Source: Cenococcum geophilum
Taxonomy: Eukaryota
Length of the DNA stretch: 64,000 bases
NCBI GenBank assembly: GCA_050273025.1
Contig: CP158635.1
Location: 27,962,001-28,026,000 of the forward strand
Reading direction: 5' to 3'
Numbering within the stretch: the first letter of the stretch is position 1; the number at the start of each line of letters is the position of its first letter. Positions 51,314 through 64,000 of this stretch are shown here, one piece after another. Under the pieces are notes generated by a model. The model had not been told where the DNA came from, did no database searches, and saw only the letters and a list, made by a program, of their open reading frames with translations. The position numbers were made by a program, and so were the translations under genes.

Positions 51314-51471
51314 CGGAGGACTGCACGAAAAGCGATTCCCCTTCCTTTTGGAACTAGTGGTCGCCCCCCAGAGTTACCGGGGCGGTTTCTGCGCCAAAGA
51401 CCCCACAACCTTTTGGGTAAAACCGCTAGTCCCAAAAAGGAAGGGGAAATTGCTTTTCACGCGGTCCTCCG
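51314..51471. mobile_element. Diverged MITE-like fold-back element (~158 bp, ~48-bp imperfect TIRs)
   Basis: CGGAGGACTGCACGAAAAGCGATTCCCCTTCCTTTTGG... pairs with ...CCAAAAAGGAAGGGGAAATTGCTTTTCACGCGGTCCTCCG; flanks are TA and CA. Confidence 0.75.
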
Positions 51472-51502
51472 CACAAGCTTCACCATCAACCTCTATGCCC
51501 TA

Positions 51503-51624
51503 ACGTAGGTGATAGGGTTATGACGGTCGGCATAGTTATGGCGGTTTGGGACATACTGCGCACAGGCGGAATTTGTTAGGGACCGTCATAACTATGCCGA
51601 CCGTCACAACTCTATCACCTATGT
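51503..51624. mobile_element. MITE-like element (~122 bp, ~43-bp TIRs, TA|ACGT end, Pogo/Fot1-like)
   Basis: ACGTAGGTGATAGGGTTATGACGGTCGGCATAGTTATGGCGGT pairs with ACCGTCATAACTATGCCGACCGTCACAACTCTATCACCTATGT (4 transition mismatches). Confidence 0.8.
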
Positions 51625-51906
51625 TGTATCATCGAACAAAATCGAAAAAAAGTAAGGAATCGCTATCAACAAAATGTGTGTAATGCATAAACCTGATCAT
51701 TTGTCGCTCCAACGAGACTCCTTACCACGCCTGAAAACGCCTAAAACCACCCGGCTGAAGTATTGCCTTCCGCCATGACTGCACCGAATGGCCCAGTGGT
51801 TGCGGTCATCACCCATAGAGTAAGGGAGAAAGTAATCCGAAAACCCCGATACCTATCCACCCTATCTTTTGATACTCATACATTACCTTTCCATATCCCG
51901 CCACAC

Positions 51907-54527
51907 TTATGACGTGAGAGCAGTCGGAGTAGATGCGTCCGCTTCCTCAGGACCACTAGTCCCAACCGTGTCCACCTCAACCTCCCCGCCGCCAACACTC
52001 ACAAGCGTCGGCGCCACCCTTCTTCTCTTCTCCCCCCTGTCTGCTCCTTCTACCTCTGCTCCTGCTTCCCTCTTTCTTCTTTCCCTCCCACTCCCTCCAG
52101 CATCCTCTTTTTCACTTTCGCTTTCCCTCCAGCCTGGGATGTTTACAATCCCACTAACAGAACTGCTTGCACTATGCGTACCTTGCCCATACGCCGGCGT
52201 CAACGGTGGGGTCCACATCGGCATCCCGCCAATAGTCCCTGAGTTAGTCGCTGCGACGCTAGGAACAGAGCTCATGACTGGAGTTGAATTATTCATGACA
52301 ATCCCTGACTCCGCAGTGGGTGCAAAAGATGACTGTGTCGCAACACTCGATATCGAGTTACTCCTGGTCGGACTGCCCGGCCGTGCGGGCGCAAATGAGG
52401 ACGGGCTTGCAGGGAAACCTGCCGATGGTTGTTTGGACATTGCCATGGCGGATGCTGGCATGCTCGAGGACGTCGGGGTGGGCGTCGGGGTAGATTGCGT
52501 GGAACTTGCTGCCGTGTTGATCGCTGAAGGGTGATGCTTTGTTGTCATTTGCACTGCAGGTGTACCGTGGTAAACTTGCCCGAGTTCGCCAGAAGCGAAG
52601 GTGAGGCAAGAGCAGAAGCCATCAGAGGAAGTCATAAGGAGAGTGAGTCCATCGTTGGACCTATTAAACTAGTTAGTAACGTTCCAAATTCTCCCTTGGA
52701 GTATGAGACAGAGGACATAGAGGCCAGGGCACTATCTAAAATATGCAACTACGAGGAAAGGACAGGATATGAACTGGTATTACGAATGCTTACCATGTAA
52801 GGTCTGTAAATGTGGCAAAGTGAAGATTGCTGACGATGCAGAGCGGTTTCTGTTGTTGCGTATCATACACATGAATTGCATCTTGCGTTGCGACCGCATA
52901 AACCATTCTATAAGGCAGGTTAAAAGCTAGAGGAGGACTGCCAGAAAGACCAGCCGACGTAGGAGCATCAGAATCTACCGGTTTTGGAGAAGACGCTGCG
53001 AAACTAGGTGACGGAGATGGAGCGTTGGTAAGAGGGGGTGGATCCATCGATGAATTTGAGGTTGGCATTTTCGAGGGAAGCGCCGGTTCCGGCAATGCTT
53101 GTATCTCGTCTTCTGCCGACGCCGTGTCGATTGTAATTTGTCTCGTCGTCGGGATTGCTTGCCGAAGAGTGTAGTAAATAGGAGAACATCGCACAGCAAC
53201 GGATGGTTTCTTGTGGCCAGGCAGATACGCAATAGGGGGTTTGTTTAGACCCGCTCTTGTATAGATATAGACGGTATTAATCATGTCGTCAGAGCCTTTC
53301 GCCATTTCATTGAATGAAGAATGTAGGGTCTTGTACTGTCCGGCCGGTGTGAAGAGTAGACTTCCATCCGGAGCAAATGCGAGGCGTCGGAAGAATGAAG
53401 TGAAGGTCTCGTTGGCATATATGGGAGCGTTCCTCACACCAAGCCCCGATAAACCTGGAGAATTTGACGGCATAACTGCGGGAAGGGGTATCGAAGGTGC
53501 CGGAGAAACGGAGCGCCGCATGGATGGTGAAGAACCGAACGACGAACGGCGGCTATGCGATGTCGGCGGCGGATTCATTGGAAGGACCAATGAATTAGGC
53601 GTGCCGGGTGCTGATGGTACTGGTGATCCAGCGCCCATCATTGTTCCCTCTGATATAAAATGGGCCCTGCCCGAGAAGTCCGGGGGTGCTGGACTTGTGG
53701 AAGATATCCTCCGAGCAGGTAGATCCATCTTTGTAACTTTGCTGTGTTGTGCGAGCGAGAACTGTCCATCCTTGTTCTTCAAGGTGTAAATATGCACCGA
53801 TCGATCCGACGATTGTGTTGCGACGTATTCATTTAAAGGATCCCATGCTACACCTTGGACATAGTGGTTGTGCTCTGCGATTTGTCGGACGCAGTTACCT
53901 TGAAACGTATCAGTGCTGAGGCCTGAGGCAGACACAGACAGCAAACTTTACCTGTCTGTGCATTATATATCCTAGCGATGTTATCCATACTCCCGGTGAT
54001 GAAGAAGACCCCATCAGGAGACCAGGCCATATCATATATTTCTGAGCCCATAGACCGGCACATGTGTTTGACCCGCCACGTTTCCTTGTCTTCCAACCCG
54101 TCTTCCCCAAATGTGGCGGGATGCGTCTGGTTCTCGGACGGGACCCAAAGAAGGATATTACCATCGTCTCCCGCGCTGCCGAGGAGCTCACCTAAGATCA
54201 AGGGGTTAGATAAGGGAACAGTAGCAGTAGTATGTTTATACACCTACCTCGAGGACACCATCGGACGACATTCACAGCCTGCGTGTGCTTTACGAGGGTA
54301 GAAAGATAAGTCACTTTCCTCTCCTCGCCGTTTGCTTCTACTTTCCACAGCTTCGTTGACGGTCAGCAAGAAACCAGCCAAATCTCGAGGATATCCAGAG
54401 GGCTTACCCGGACATTGTTATCTCCTCCTGCAGTTGCCAGACGGCCTTTTCCGTGGGGTTCGAAATGAGCTGAATAGATGGGAGCGTTGTCGTTGTGCCA
54501 AGACACAAGAAGCGGCGTAGCCTTCAT
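51907..54527 (-). CDS. CAC2: Chromatin assembly factor 1 subunit B (p60/Cac2), WD40, multi-exon
   Basis: MKATPLLVSWH..PIYS start, RLATAGGDNNVR, HTQAVNVVR, EIYDMAWSPDG, HNHYVQGVAWDP, FFRRLAFAPDG, LPYRMVYAVAT and SSDGFCS. Confidence 0.93.
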
Positions 54528-55260
54528 GACGGCCAGAGCAGCTGTCTAACAGCGGAGTAGCAATCTAGACAGCGGAAGGCAGTTGTGGTCGTGATGGACA
54601 AGTGGACGTTTCGGGTGGTGGTCTGGAATTGCTTGGTAAAAGGCGGAGTGCAGACGACAAGGTTCTAATTGTGGATGCGGAGTAGGGTAGGCGCGGGAGA
54701 GATGATAGAAGGAGGGGACGATTAGCCGTCAGGGACGTATACTATTGTGCTAGCTGTATGGTATGAGTGTTTGCGATGAGACTAGAGGGAGGTGATTGTC
54801 TCTGTAGCACAATTGGAGGAATGTTAAGGAGCACAGTCGCGGAGAGGCAGGCATGAGGTGAAGCTCCGGCAGACCAATCGTGATGGGCAACACGAAGCCG
54901 ACGCGAGACAAGGGCCGCCAGCCTCAAAAGGGTAACCTGATTGAATTTTGCCACGGTTTCAACCCGCTTCAAGGCGCACGGCGCTGACACTGCCAGAGCA
55001 ATGCGCGCATGAAGGCCTACGTGAGAATTAAGCCGTGGATGCTAATTAAAGGAACCCCGATCCTCCACGGCGTCTATCATCAGCCATCAACCACATACCC
55101 ACACCTATTACACACTCTTCCCACCCTTCTTCTCTCTGCCTTTTATCTCCATTGAAGGGGCAATAATCCAGGTCATCTTTTGGCCTACCTAGCAGAACAG
55201 CGCATTCTACTCCCTCCATCTTTCACCCCAACATTCTAGAAGAGACCTCAATGCAGATCG

Positions 55261-56360
55261 TCAACCTTCAAAACCTTCCCGCCCGCTCACATGTCCGAGC
55301 CCCTCCCCAGACGATCGAGGTAAAATCTCTATCCAAGCTTTGACTGAAGCGGTCGGGTGTTTCGCGGTCCAGTCCAGCCCCTGCGTGCAGTATGGGGACC
55401 GCTCCAGAGCCTCCCAGCTCCCCATCCACTCATTAACATCTAGTTCATTCTCAGAACGTCTGACTCTCCAATATCGCGCGATGTATACATTTCCGTACTC
55501 GGTATTGAATGATGAACTGCACATTCATGAAGCATTGATTCGCGCACTGCAAGACCGATTTGGACCATACATGAGGATATTTTATCAGCATCTTAAAAGA
55601 TTCACGCCAATCAGGAACCACGCCCAGAAGAGGTCTATTGAGCCTCTCCCAATCATTTTCCCTCATATAGCGCAGTTGAATCTCTCTAATGTTTGGACGT
55701 ATTCTTCCTCTCCTAGAATAGATGTCCTAGCTTCGTTTATCGGCCATTCTCAAGTACACATTTAGAGAACTTGTGCAAATTCGGCTGTTCAGGACGCAGC
55801 ACACCTTTTCGTCCTAGAACGCCCCAAATTGTATAAGCTAAAATATAAAATGTTCGATTGCTGATAAGGATTATAAGGGGTGCTTACCGCCAGATCTAGC
55901 CAAAAATAGCTCATGGAAGGTTTTATTCATTGTCCTTTCTATATCTTTTTCGGTCAAGGACTGCGAGACTCAGGCGACATGCATGAAGACTCCCGCAGCT
56001 CTCTATTGTAGTGAAACCAGGAAAGTCGAATTTAAGGACATAGCCAAAAATAATCTCACGTAACTCACTCGGACGATGGATGATTTTTTCCAGTTTCGTT
56101 GGAATTATTATCGTGAGATGCGTGCAGGAGACGTTTTGCATGCAGTGCGATTCAGCGAGGTTCTGCCCTTTCGAAAGATACTTGAAATATTGTCGCGGAG
56201 CAGTAGATCGTATTCTCCTGTTGACGTCTCGTATACTATTGGGCAATGCTTGCTTCAGCATTCGGTTGGCTGATTCTATCGCAACTTGCAAGCAACTCCG
56301 ACAAAATTGTTCGGTTTTTAGAATTGTGGTCATTAAGGAAAGAATATTCATCTGGCACAC
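55261..56360 (-). pseudogene. Possible fragmented hypothetical gene
   Basis: Several short minus-strand ORFs in different frames, one with an F-box-like phrase PSELREIIFGYVL. No clean spliced model could be built. Confidence 0.3.
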
Positions 56361-57312
56361 GTGAAAACCTTATCAAACACCAAGTTTGCCATACTTGAAC
56401 ATCAGACCCACCACACGACAAATCTTACCATTAAGAAATCGACTTGGCAGCCTCTTAATAGAAGACGCAGCCCCCAAGGCGCTCATAACACTCATCATTC
56501 TTCCATGTCAGCCATGCCCCCTGGCTGAAGGCTATGCGGGGATAGCAGGCGGCTCAATCCTCTTATACGCAGGGGACTCACGTATCACCGAAATTTTCAA
56601 TCTTGGAAACAAATTAATGTATGGTTATTTGTCACAGTAAAAGATATGCTGTGAACTCTACTAGCCTGTTCGAGGTGGAGATTTACTTCTGGCTTTGTTT
56701 AAGGAACCATGCGTGCTGATCCTAACTAGGATAACGAAGAGTGTTGTGTAAGGTTGGCGTGATAAGCAGAAAAACGATAGGCTAATACTATAACAAGGAG
56801 GTATGCGTTGGCTAGGAGGTGATAGCGATATTAGAAGAGGAATTTATGGAATGTAGTTCGATTACATGATGTCTATTCGATGATTTTGTGAAAGAACATA
56901 GTTCCGATTTATCTCGGATCGTTGCTCCTTATCCTTCCACGAATTTTTTAAGTACGTTGTCATCCAATGACCAGAAAAAAAGGTACTATCTCAAAGCTAG
57001 CCACGAAATTATTTCGAAATGATAAACAGCCCTAGGGCTCTAAGAAAACGCTGCGTCAGTGATAGAGTGAGAAGCTGCAGCCAGATAACTCCTTAAATCT
57101 GTGAAAAGAGTCTAGCACACAAAAAGCAAAATGCAGGATTGAAAGTTTCACCAAAATAAAAAGATTACGAGGCTATAATGAGGCAAAGAAATATGGTTAT
57201 CATTCATGCAAGATTGGGTTAGATATTCAGGCAATGTTGATCAAGCCCATGCATAAAATACTGTCGTTTGCTGCAGGACCACGTGGAAAGATAGAGAACA
57301 CTTCTTTGCATA

Positions 57313-57696
57313 TTATAATCCAGCCCATAGAAATTGTCCAGCCATAATAGCTAACGCCCCCGTCCCAATTATATGTCCCCAGCTTCTCTCTCTGTCTCCA
57401 AATCGCCATACAATGACCGAGTCCGTAACGCCAGTAATAATATGGCAAACCATCAAAGTTTTGATCGCAGATATATACCGTTGACGTGCACACAAGGCAT
57501 ACGCAAGGCCAAGGGTGATATCTCGAGCACCCTTGGCTTGGAAGAAAGGGGACTTTGCATGGGAAGGAAGACCAAACCAGACTGCTGCACCAGCTGGAGC
57601 AGTGAACGCGTAAAGGCCAATTGATGTTGCAGCGAAGCTGAAAAGGAAGGCTGTGTATCTAGCGCCGTTAGGAGTCACAACAGGGAGAAAGGTCAT
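57313..57696 (-). CDS. Small membrane protein, DUF4267-like
   Basis: 127 aa with about four hydrophobic segments and the pattern P....FG, KGARDITLGL, D..IV, H..G. Confidence 0.75.
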   Translation of the reverse strand: MTFLPVVTPNGARYTAFLFSFAATSIGLYAFTAPAGAAVWFGLPSHAKSPFFQAKGARDITLGLAYALCARQRYISAIKTLMVCHIITGVTDSVIVWRFGDRERSWGHIIGTGALAIMAGQFLWAGL

Positions 57697-58248
57697 TGTT
57701 AGTCAGCCAAGGCGCTTAAATTATGGCTTGAGAGATGTTAATAAAACTCAGGTGGGGGGGGAGCATTGATTTTATACGGATCGCATGAACGAGAATACGA
57801 AGGCACGTGCACCTTGCCAAGAATGTAAGATTTGGGTAGATGTCCATTTCTACCACTAAATCAACATACCCGAGCCAGACGGAAGAACTACAGCAGAGAA
57901 CCAAATAGCTTTTTAACGACTGCTCTCATTTTAATATTCTCCGCTAGCGTTTTTACTTACAAGGCCTAACCTAGCGACCTCATAAACTATCTCCACCTCC
58001 AAACAGCTTAACAGAGGATGAATTGTCCATGAAATCCTCCTTCTTTTAGCACTTGATCGAAGAGTTGCGACCATTTATCATACCCGGAATCAGGCTTCTG
58101 CAAGCGGTATGCCGATGCTAAGCGTCATTGCTCATCCCACTAAGCTCCGTAAATCATGGGTCTGTATATCTGGCCTACATTCCCTACTATCCCGGTATTC
58201 CGCAAATCAAGACTTAGGTTCATTGCTAAAGGCAAGCGTTTCAATACT

Positions 58249-58968
58249 ATGGTACTGCCACCATTATCTTACGCAGCCATCGTTGGCAGTGGAAATAAAG
58301 CAGCTCCCCCTATCTTTCCTACACCGACGCCAATGAAAAAATCGCCTGCTAGATCCGTCAATTCGGGCGTACAATCTATCTCCTCTCCACAAGGTCCCAC
58401 GCGAGACCTCGCAGCTGCCCTCCCACCCTCATCACAAACCCTAGAAATTCAGCAAGACCGACCGCAAATTGCCTTTTTATCAGGACATATCGACATCACG
58501 GCGTCGCAATTTGCTCAAAATTATGTTACTCCTCTCGATGCTGCAATTGCACAAGGGGACAATTTCATCATGTCAAATGCTGGCGGCGCGGACACAATGG
58601 GTCTTGCATACCTAGACTCTCACGATGTCTCACCGGATCGGATAACAATATACTTGCATACTCCGCAACCTAATCGTCGCTTAAATGCAACTCAAACTCG
58701 AATAAATAGCCTGAGACTTGGGGGAGACGTTGAAGAGGCTTACAAAAAGAAGGGGTATAAGTGCAAAGTAGTTCAAGGCTTTCATACAGAAAGAGATGCT
58801 GTCATGACGGAGGAAAGCGACTACGATATTTTGTGGATGAGGAGCGATGAAGATACCAGGAAGCTATATGGAGCGAAATATAGGGAAGGGAGGATTAGCG
58901 GGACCCAGAAGAATATGGATAGGAGAGCACAGAAAGAGAAGAGGATCAGAAGTCATCCCGTGAAATAG
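58249..58968 (+). CDS. Hypothetical protein with a SLOG-like (YspA/DprA-type Rossmannoid) domain; alternative start at 58156
   Basis: Motif order AFLSGH, AGGADTMG, RDAVMTEESD and SGTQKN resembles SLOG nucleotide-binding domains; Pro/Ser-rich N-terminus; intronless. Confidence 0.6.
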   Translation: MVLPPLSYAAIVGSGNKAAPPIFPTPTPMKKSPARSVNSGVQSISSPQGPTRDLAAALPPSSQTLEIQQDRPQIAFLSGHIDITASQFAQNYVTPLDAAIAQGDNFIMSNAGGADTMGLAYLDSHDVSPDRITIYLHTPQPNRRLNATQTRINSLRLGGDVEEAYKKKGYKCKVVQGFHTERDAVMTEESDYDILWMRSDEDTRKLYGAKYREGRISGTQKNMDRRAQKEKRIRSHPVK

Positions 58969-60022
58969 AAATTTCTAGTCTATAAAATGCTCGGCTTTGT
59001 CGAAATTTGAGGTTTCTGGTGGGCCATAAAAAATTGTCATAAACTGTGCTTAACCATAGCCGCATGATTCATGTGGAATCAGTGCTAGACCCAATGTACC
59101 CGTCCGTTCCCGGTAGTGTTTTGTCGATCTTGGAAGATCAGAAGATAAAGAATGAGAAGACTCCATCTATTCACACTGGCTCCAAGGAGCCTTATATATA
59201 CATAAGGAAGGTGTAGTAACTGGAATAAGGTGGTAGGCAGTAGGGTGGTAGGGAACCCGGCATGTTCCATGATAATACTCGGATTTCAGCTGTGACAAAG
59301 GTGATTTTAAGCTATCGATATCTTTTCTTACATTTTTGCCTCGTCACTTCTGACCTTTTTCAGAATATATGCCATGTATTCCGTCCTTAACAGATGCACG
59401 TTTTAAATTCGACTTAAGCTTTGCCAAAACCATTCCAGTCCTGGAAACGTTAACCGTGAAAGGTCCAGAGCGTCCCAAAACCAACCTCCCATCTTCCACC
59501 CTCCCCTAAACGATGCTCCATTGCACAGTGTCAGTCTACCAATTTCTTTTTTACCGCTATTATCGCCAAGTCCACCAAAACCAAAGGCTCTCGAAATCCC
59601 AAAAGGTGCGGCGGCAGGGATCAGGTGACCGAAACGAGCGATTTGGTGGTGCGGGGTTCAGACAACCCTAGACCGTCATTCAGTCGTTGTGAATGACCTA
59701 GGTGCCCGCCTATCACCTCCCGGATTGCTAATTCAATAGACCGTTTTTTTTTTTGGAGAACCACCCGCTACGCCACCTCCCCGAGTGGGCAAGGCGCTTA
59801 ATTTTACCCCTGCTTCCCCTCTATACAAGGCTTGCACAGTAAAATAAAGTTCTGCCAAGCAGGTGGATTGGTAGTTCAGTTCACCCACCAGGTGGGTGAG
59901 CTCTACCACCAACCCACCTACCGTATAAGGTAGAGCTAAAGTTTCGGTGCCCGTCTACCCCGTCGTAGGGCTCGTTGAGCTCGCTGTAAGGCTACCCCCG
60001 TGATACCGCACGTGATAATATA

Positions 60023-60162
60023 CTATCCCCTAACCTGCTTGCGTGCATCGCTAAGTCGCGACTAGTTAGAATTAACTGGGCACTAGTATCTCATGCAGCT
60101 TACTTGATTGGCTGACCCGTTATCGATAACAAATGCATGAAAAGCGGCGGGTTAGGGGATAG
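60023..60162. mobile_element. Possible degenerate MITE (~140 bp)
   Basis: CTATCCCCTAACCTGC pairs with GCGGGTTAGGGGATAG (15 of 16); TA on the left flank only. Confidence 0.45.
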
Positions 60163-61769
60163 CGCCTCTCTACCCTTAACTAGTATATCTAGTAGAGTCT
60201 ACAGCACGTAACAGTCTTATAAAAATATATAGTTCTCTTCTATAGGCCAAGGCTACGCTCTACGTGCAAGATATCACGTGGGGGAAGAAAAGGTATACGT
60301 AGCTTCGTGTCTACTAGGGAGGCCTTGTTCGGTGTATCCACGGTGTTGTATACTAAATCCGGCGCCAGCCGCGTGCAGTAGGTCAAAAAAACGGTCTAAT
60401 ATGGGGCCCGTCTTGGGTGGTAGCATAAGATGGCATGACTTGCGTTACATGCCGCCATTTCGACCCGCCAACTCGGCGTGTTGTTACCTAAGTATCTTAT
60501 CTGAACGTCGCATGGCCTCACCCCACGGGTACCTGCGAAAATGCATGACCATCTGCAGCGAACCTTCTATGCAAACTATCCCTCGATCATCTCGACTCTG
60601 CGGGTCGCTGCGGTGTCTAGCAGATGACACGGCAATCTCATGCCTTAGACCACCCCTCCCCATCCGAAAGAACCTGGCTACGATAGGTCATGCAATCTAC
60701 TCCACACGTCTTAAAATTCAAGAGTTGAATTAATCTCCTTTTTCTTATGATCCCTAGGACTTTATCCCGGCTCATCTTCTGACCTTATCTGGGCACTCGG
60801 GCTGCGAAAGGAATGGGTTAGGATGAGGGTTTGATGTCCCGCGGACAGGACTTCCGCAAAATAATGTATTGAATTAGGTTCTTCCGTTTTGCATGCTCCT
60901 TGAGAAACTCAGATACAAATTTTATTTCCCCAATAAAATCGAAATAAATGTGAGGTAATCATAATTGTTTCTCTAAAGGTATCAGGCGTTAAATTGGCAA
61001 GTCGGGACACGCTATGTGTGTCGCGTGCCCGTATTTCATCTTTCACTAATTTCACTAATTTTCATCTCTGAGATATCTCATCCATAACTAGAATTTAGCT
61101 GTTTCTTTTCAGGTTTCTCACTGTTTTAAAACAGGACCTTTTTGATTCTTGCTTCTGAAGATGTTTTGCACCAGACTTAAATATTCTTCCATTTTTTTAA
61201 GCCCCGAAGTCCAAGTTTCCGTTCTGGGACTCGCGATAAACCACATGCAAATTTATCGGAGACATCCCCAGCTGCTATCCCCTGCACTTATTAATATGCA
61301 GGGTGAAATTCACCCTCCATCTAAATCCACCGAGCGTTCGATGCGACAGTTTAAAGGAACGTGACACGGTTAGCATGCAGCTATTACAGATTGAACTCGA
61401 CGTAGGAACATGCGTACGTATCAGTCAAATTCTGCCTTCCAATCAATGCTGGACTATTGGGTGCTACTGACCCACGAGTGTGAGAGTGCTGACAGGGCCA
61501 GCTGCCCAGCGGAGGTCACTTCCATTAGACCACGTTTGTCAAGGAGACAAATCAACTGATAGCGTAACTTAGGGTAGCTTTAGTAGCAATACCAACAGCC
61601 TCCATACTGTTGCACCTTTGCGGTCATGGTTTCAGCATCAGTATACCGTGGAGAAACAGTAGCATAGTTACATAACTCATGCAACGCGGATCCCTTTGAC
61701 TATAAGTATGCCTTATATCTCTTTTTGTTATATCTCCAAGGACGCTTGGATCACTAGTCAATACTAAGT

Positions 61770-63393
61770 ATGCGTTTCTCACCCATTTCAATATTTGCTC
61801 TCGCATGGCTTACTCAAGCGGCCGTGATTCCTCACGAGCTCTTCACTCCTAGCCAAACCAACGTAGAGACCCGTGCGGCGACAGGGTACAGATCAGTGGC
61901 GTACTTCGTTAATTGGGTTAGAGGTCTACTATGCGCTATTCCCTTAGGATACTTACTGATACTTTCTCCAAGGCCACTTACGGTCGGAACTACAACCCAC
62001 AAGATCTTCCCGCTAATAAGCTGACCCATGTGCTATACGCTTTTGCAAACGTGCATCCAGATACAGGAGAAGTCTATCTCTCAGACACGTGGGCGGACAT
62101 TGACAAACACTACGCCACCGATTCCTGGAATGACGTCGGAACTAATGTCTACGGCTGCATTAAACAGCTTTTTCTACTTAAACAGAAAAATAGAAAGTTG
62201 AAGGTTTTGCTATCTATAGGCGGTTGGACTTACTCGTCGAATTTTGTTGGGCCTGCGTCTACAGCCGCGGGTAGAGCTACATTTGCTTCTTCTGCTGTGT
62301 CGATGGTGCAAAACCTAGGTCTTGACGGTGAGTGTTATATCCTATTACCTTATTTCAGATTGTTACGGCTAACAAATTTGGGAATTTAGGGCTGGATATT
62401 GATTGGGAATACCCTGCTAGTATGTACACCACTGATGTGAGAATGAGATCCTTCTGCTAATCTTTGTCGCAAGATGACGCTCAAGCAAATGACATGGTTT
62501 CATTACTGGCTGCTGTCAGATCTGTAAGTTTAACCAACCTCAAGAAAGAGGGAGATATTGACTTACTTTTAGGCTTTGGATAGTTATTCCGCACAATATG
62601 CAGGCGGCCAGCATCTTTTACTTACTGCAGCTTCTCCAGCTGGTGGGCTTACAAAATCTCCTTGCATTTTCTATATAAGAGCTGACATCAAAAGGCCCAT
62701 CTAACTACCAAAAAATGCACCTCCAAGCAATGGACCAGTATCTCGATTTCTGGAATCTTATGGCTTACGACTATTCCGGCTCTTGGGACACGGTTGCAGG
62801 CCATCAAGCCAATCTCTATAACTCGACCAGCAACCCAGCAAGTACCCCTTTCAGTACTCAACAAGCAATATCCTATTATACCAGTGCCGGAGTCCCTGCG
62901 TCGAAGATTGTAATGGGTATGCCTTTGTATGGCCACTCCTTCGATAACACAAACGGCCCTGGCCAACCTTTCAACGGTGTTGGCTCTGGTAGCTGGGAAA
63001 ATGGTATTTGGGATTACAAGGCTCTTCCTCAGGCAGGCGCGACCGAGCACACAGACTCTCAGGTTGTTGCAAGTTATAGCTACGACCCGTCGCAACGGAT
63101 TATGATCAGTTATGATACTCCTGCGATTGCAGCGACAAAAGCAGCGTATATCCAATCTAACGGTCTGGGTGGAGGCATGTGGTGGGAGAGTAGTAGCGAT
63201 AAGACTGGAGAGGGTAGTCTTATTACCACGGTACGTCTGTTATCTATTTTTGCAGCGATCAGGATCTTATTTGAGAATTACACAGGTTGTCACCGCGTTC
63301 GGAGGTACAGGTGCCTTGGATCAAAGTCAGAATTTACTCAGCTACCCAGCATCTAAGTACGGTAACTTAAAAGCTGGGTTCCCAACTGGATAG
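61770..63393 (+). CDS. Secreted GH18 chitinase (subgroup A type), multi-exon
   Basis: Signal-peptide-like [37 protein letters not shown], catalytic [10 protein letters not shown] across an intron, NLMAYD and GGGMWWE. Confidence 0.96.
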
Positions 63394-64000
63394 ACAGTTC
63401 GCGCACATTTTCTGTAAATACCCTTTTTTTACTTGTACATATTTGGGTGGGCTTTTCTACAATTTTCAGGCTTTTAGCAAGCTCGAATCACCTGACTATA
63501 CTTAGATTTTATTGTTGAATAGACCTGACCTCAAGCTACCCCTTCCCTACCCCCCCTATTTGCTCCTCTATTGACAGTCTTTCCATTTTCTTTGCGTATA
63601 TTTATCCATTGATATATCGTGAGTGCTTTTCTAATCCGACAGCTTTTGAAGACTAGGGGGGTTGGGTACTATACATAGCAGGTAGAAGCTATAGAGGATT
63701 AAATTTGACTTCGGTATTCTGGGCTCTGGTTTCCCATAACGTCTTCCTAAGCGGATTTGGCGCTGAAGAAATTAGTTGGGTATACTCATCCCCATCTAGT
63801 TTAGAGAGCTTCTCGCCTTCGGCACTTGACGCGATGCGGAGGTGCCTACCTAGACTCGCACTTCTCAGCGAGAAGGGCGCCCCGTTCGCCTCAACCAACT
63901 CTCAGGTACTAAATATTAAATAATCAAGCATAAACTCTATCACTTAACCTCTAATCCATGCTATACTAATTCTTTAACTGTTGTACATGCCGGCATCGAC

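Noticed and set aside
60278..60733. 151-aa ORF upstream of the chitinase
   Set aside because: GTG start, no motifs and no gene-like composition.
1..64000. Starship captain (tyrosine recombinase), secondary-metabolite cluster, tRNA or rRNA genes
   Set aside because: No supporting motifs were seen. NACHT and patatin genes can be Starship cargo, but no captain or element boundaries are visible in this window.

Overview
Genomic DNA from a filamentous ascomycete (intron-containing genes, strong RIP signature; probably a Dothideomycete). Positions 1-~19,270 are an AT-rich, RIP-degraded block of nested mobile elements. A Ty3/Gypsy chromovirus (family 1) sits inside a copy of a second Gypsy family, which sits inside another copy of that family, which in turn interrupts a RecQ-like helicase relic. 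The block also holds a 2-kb TA-flanked TIR element made of satellites and a Helitron-like Rep/PIF1 relic. From ~19,270 the DNA is gene-rich: CET1-like RNA triphosphatase, RPN2, COX10, a large Zn-finger/P-loop GTPase/RING/patatin gene beside a NACHT gene with an in-frame stop, a Cys-rich hypothetical gene, FAT1, an MFS transporter, CAC2, a DUF4267-like gene, a SLOG-like gene and a GH18 chitinase. Interspersed are a hAT relic (8-bp TSD) carrying a solo LTR and several MITEs. Best leads: (1) a spliced antisense gene with a Zn2Cys6-like motif in both copies of Gypsy family 2; (2) the same 12-bp minisatellite carried by two unrelated DNA-transposon types; (3) a candidate NACHT plus GTPase-RING-patatin immune pair. 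All calls come from reading the sequence by eye; no searches were run.
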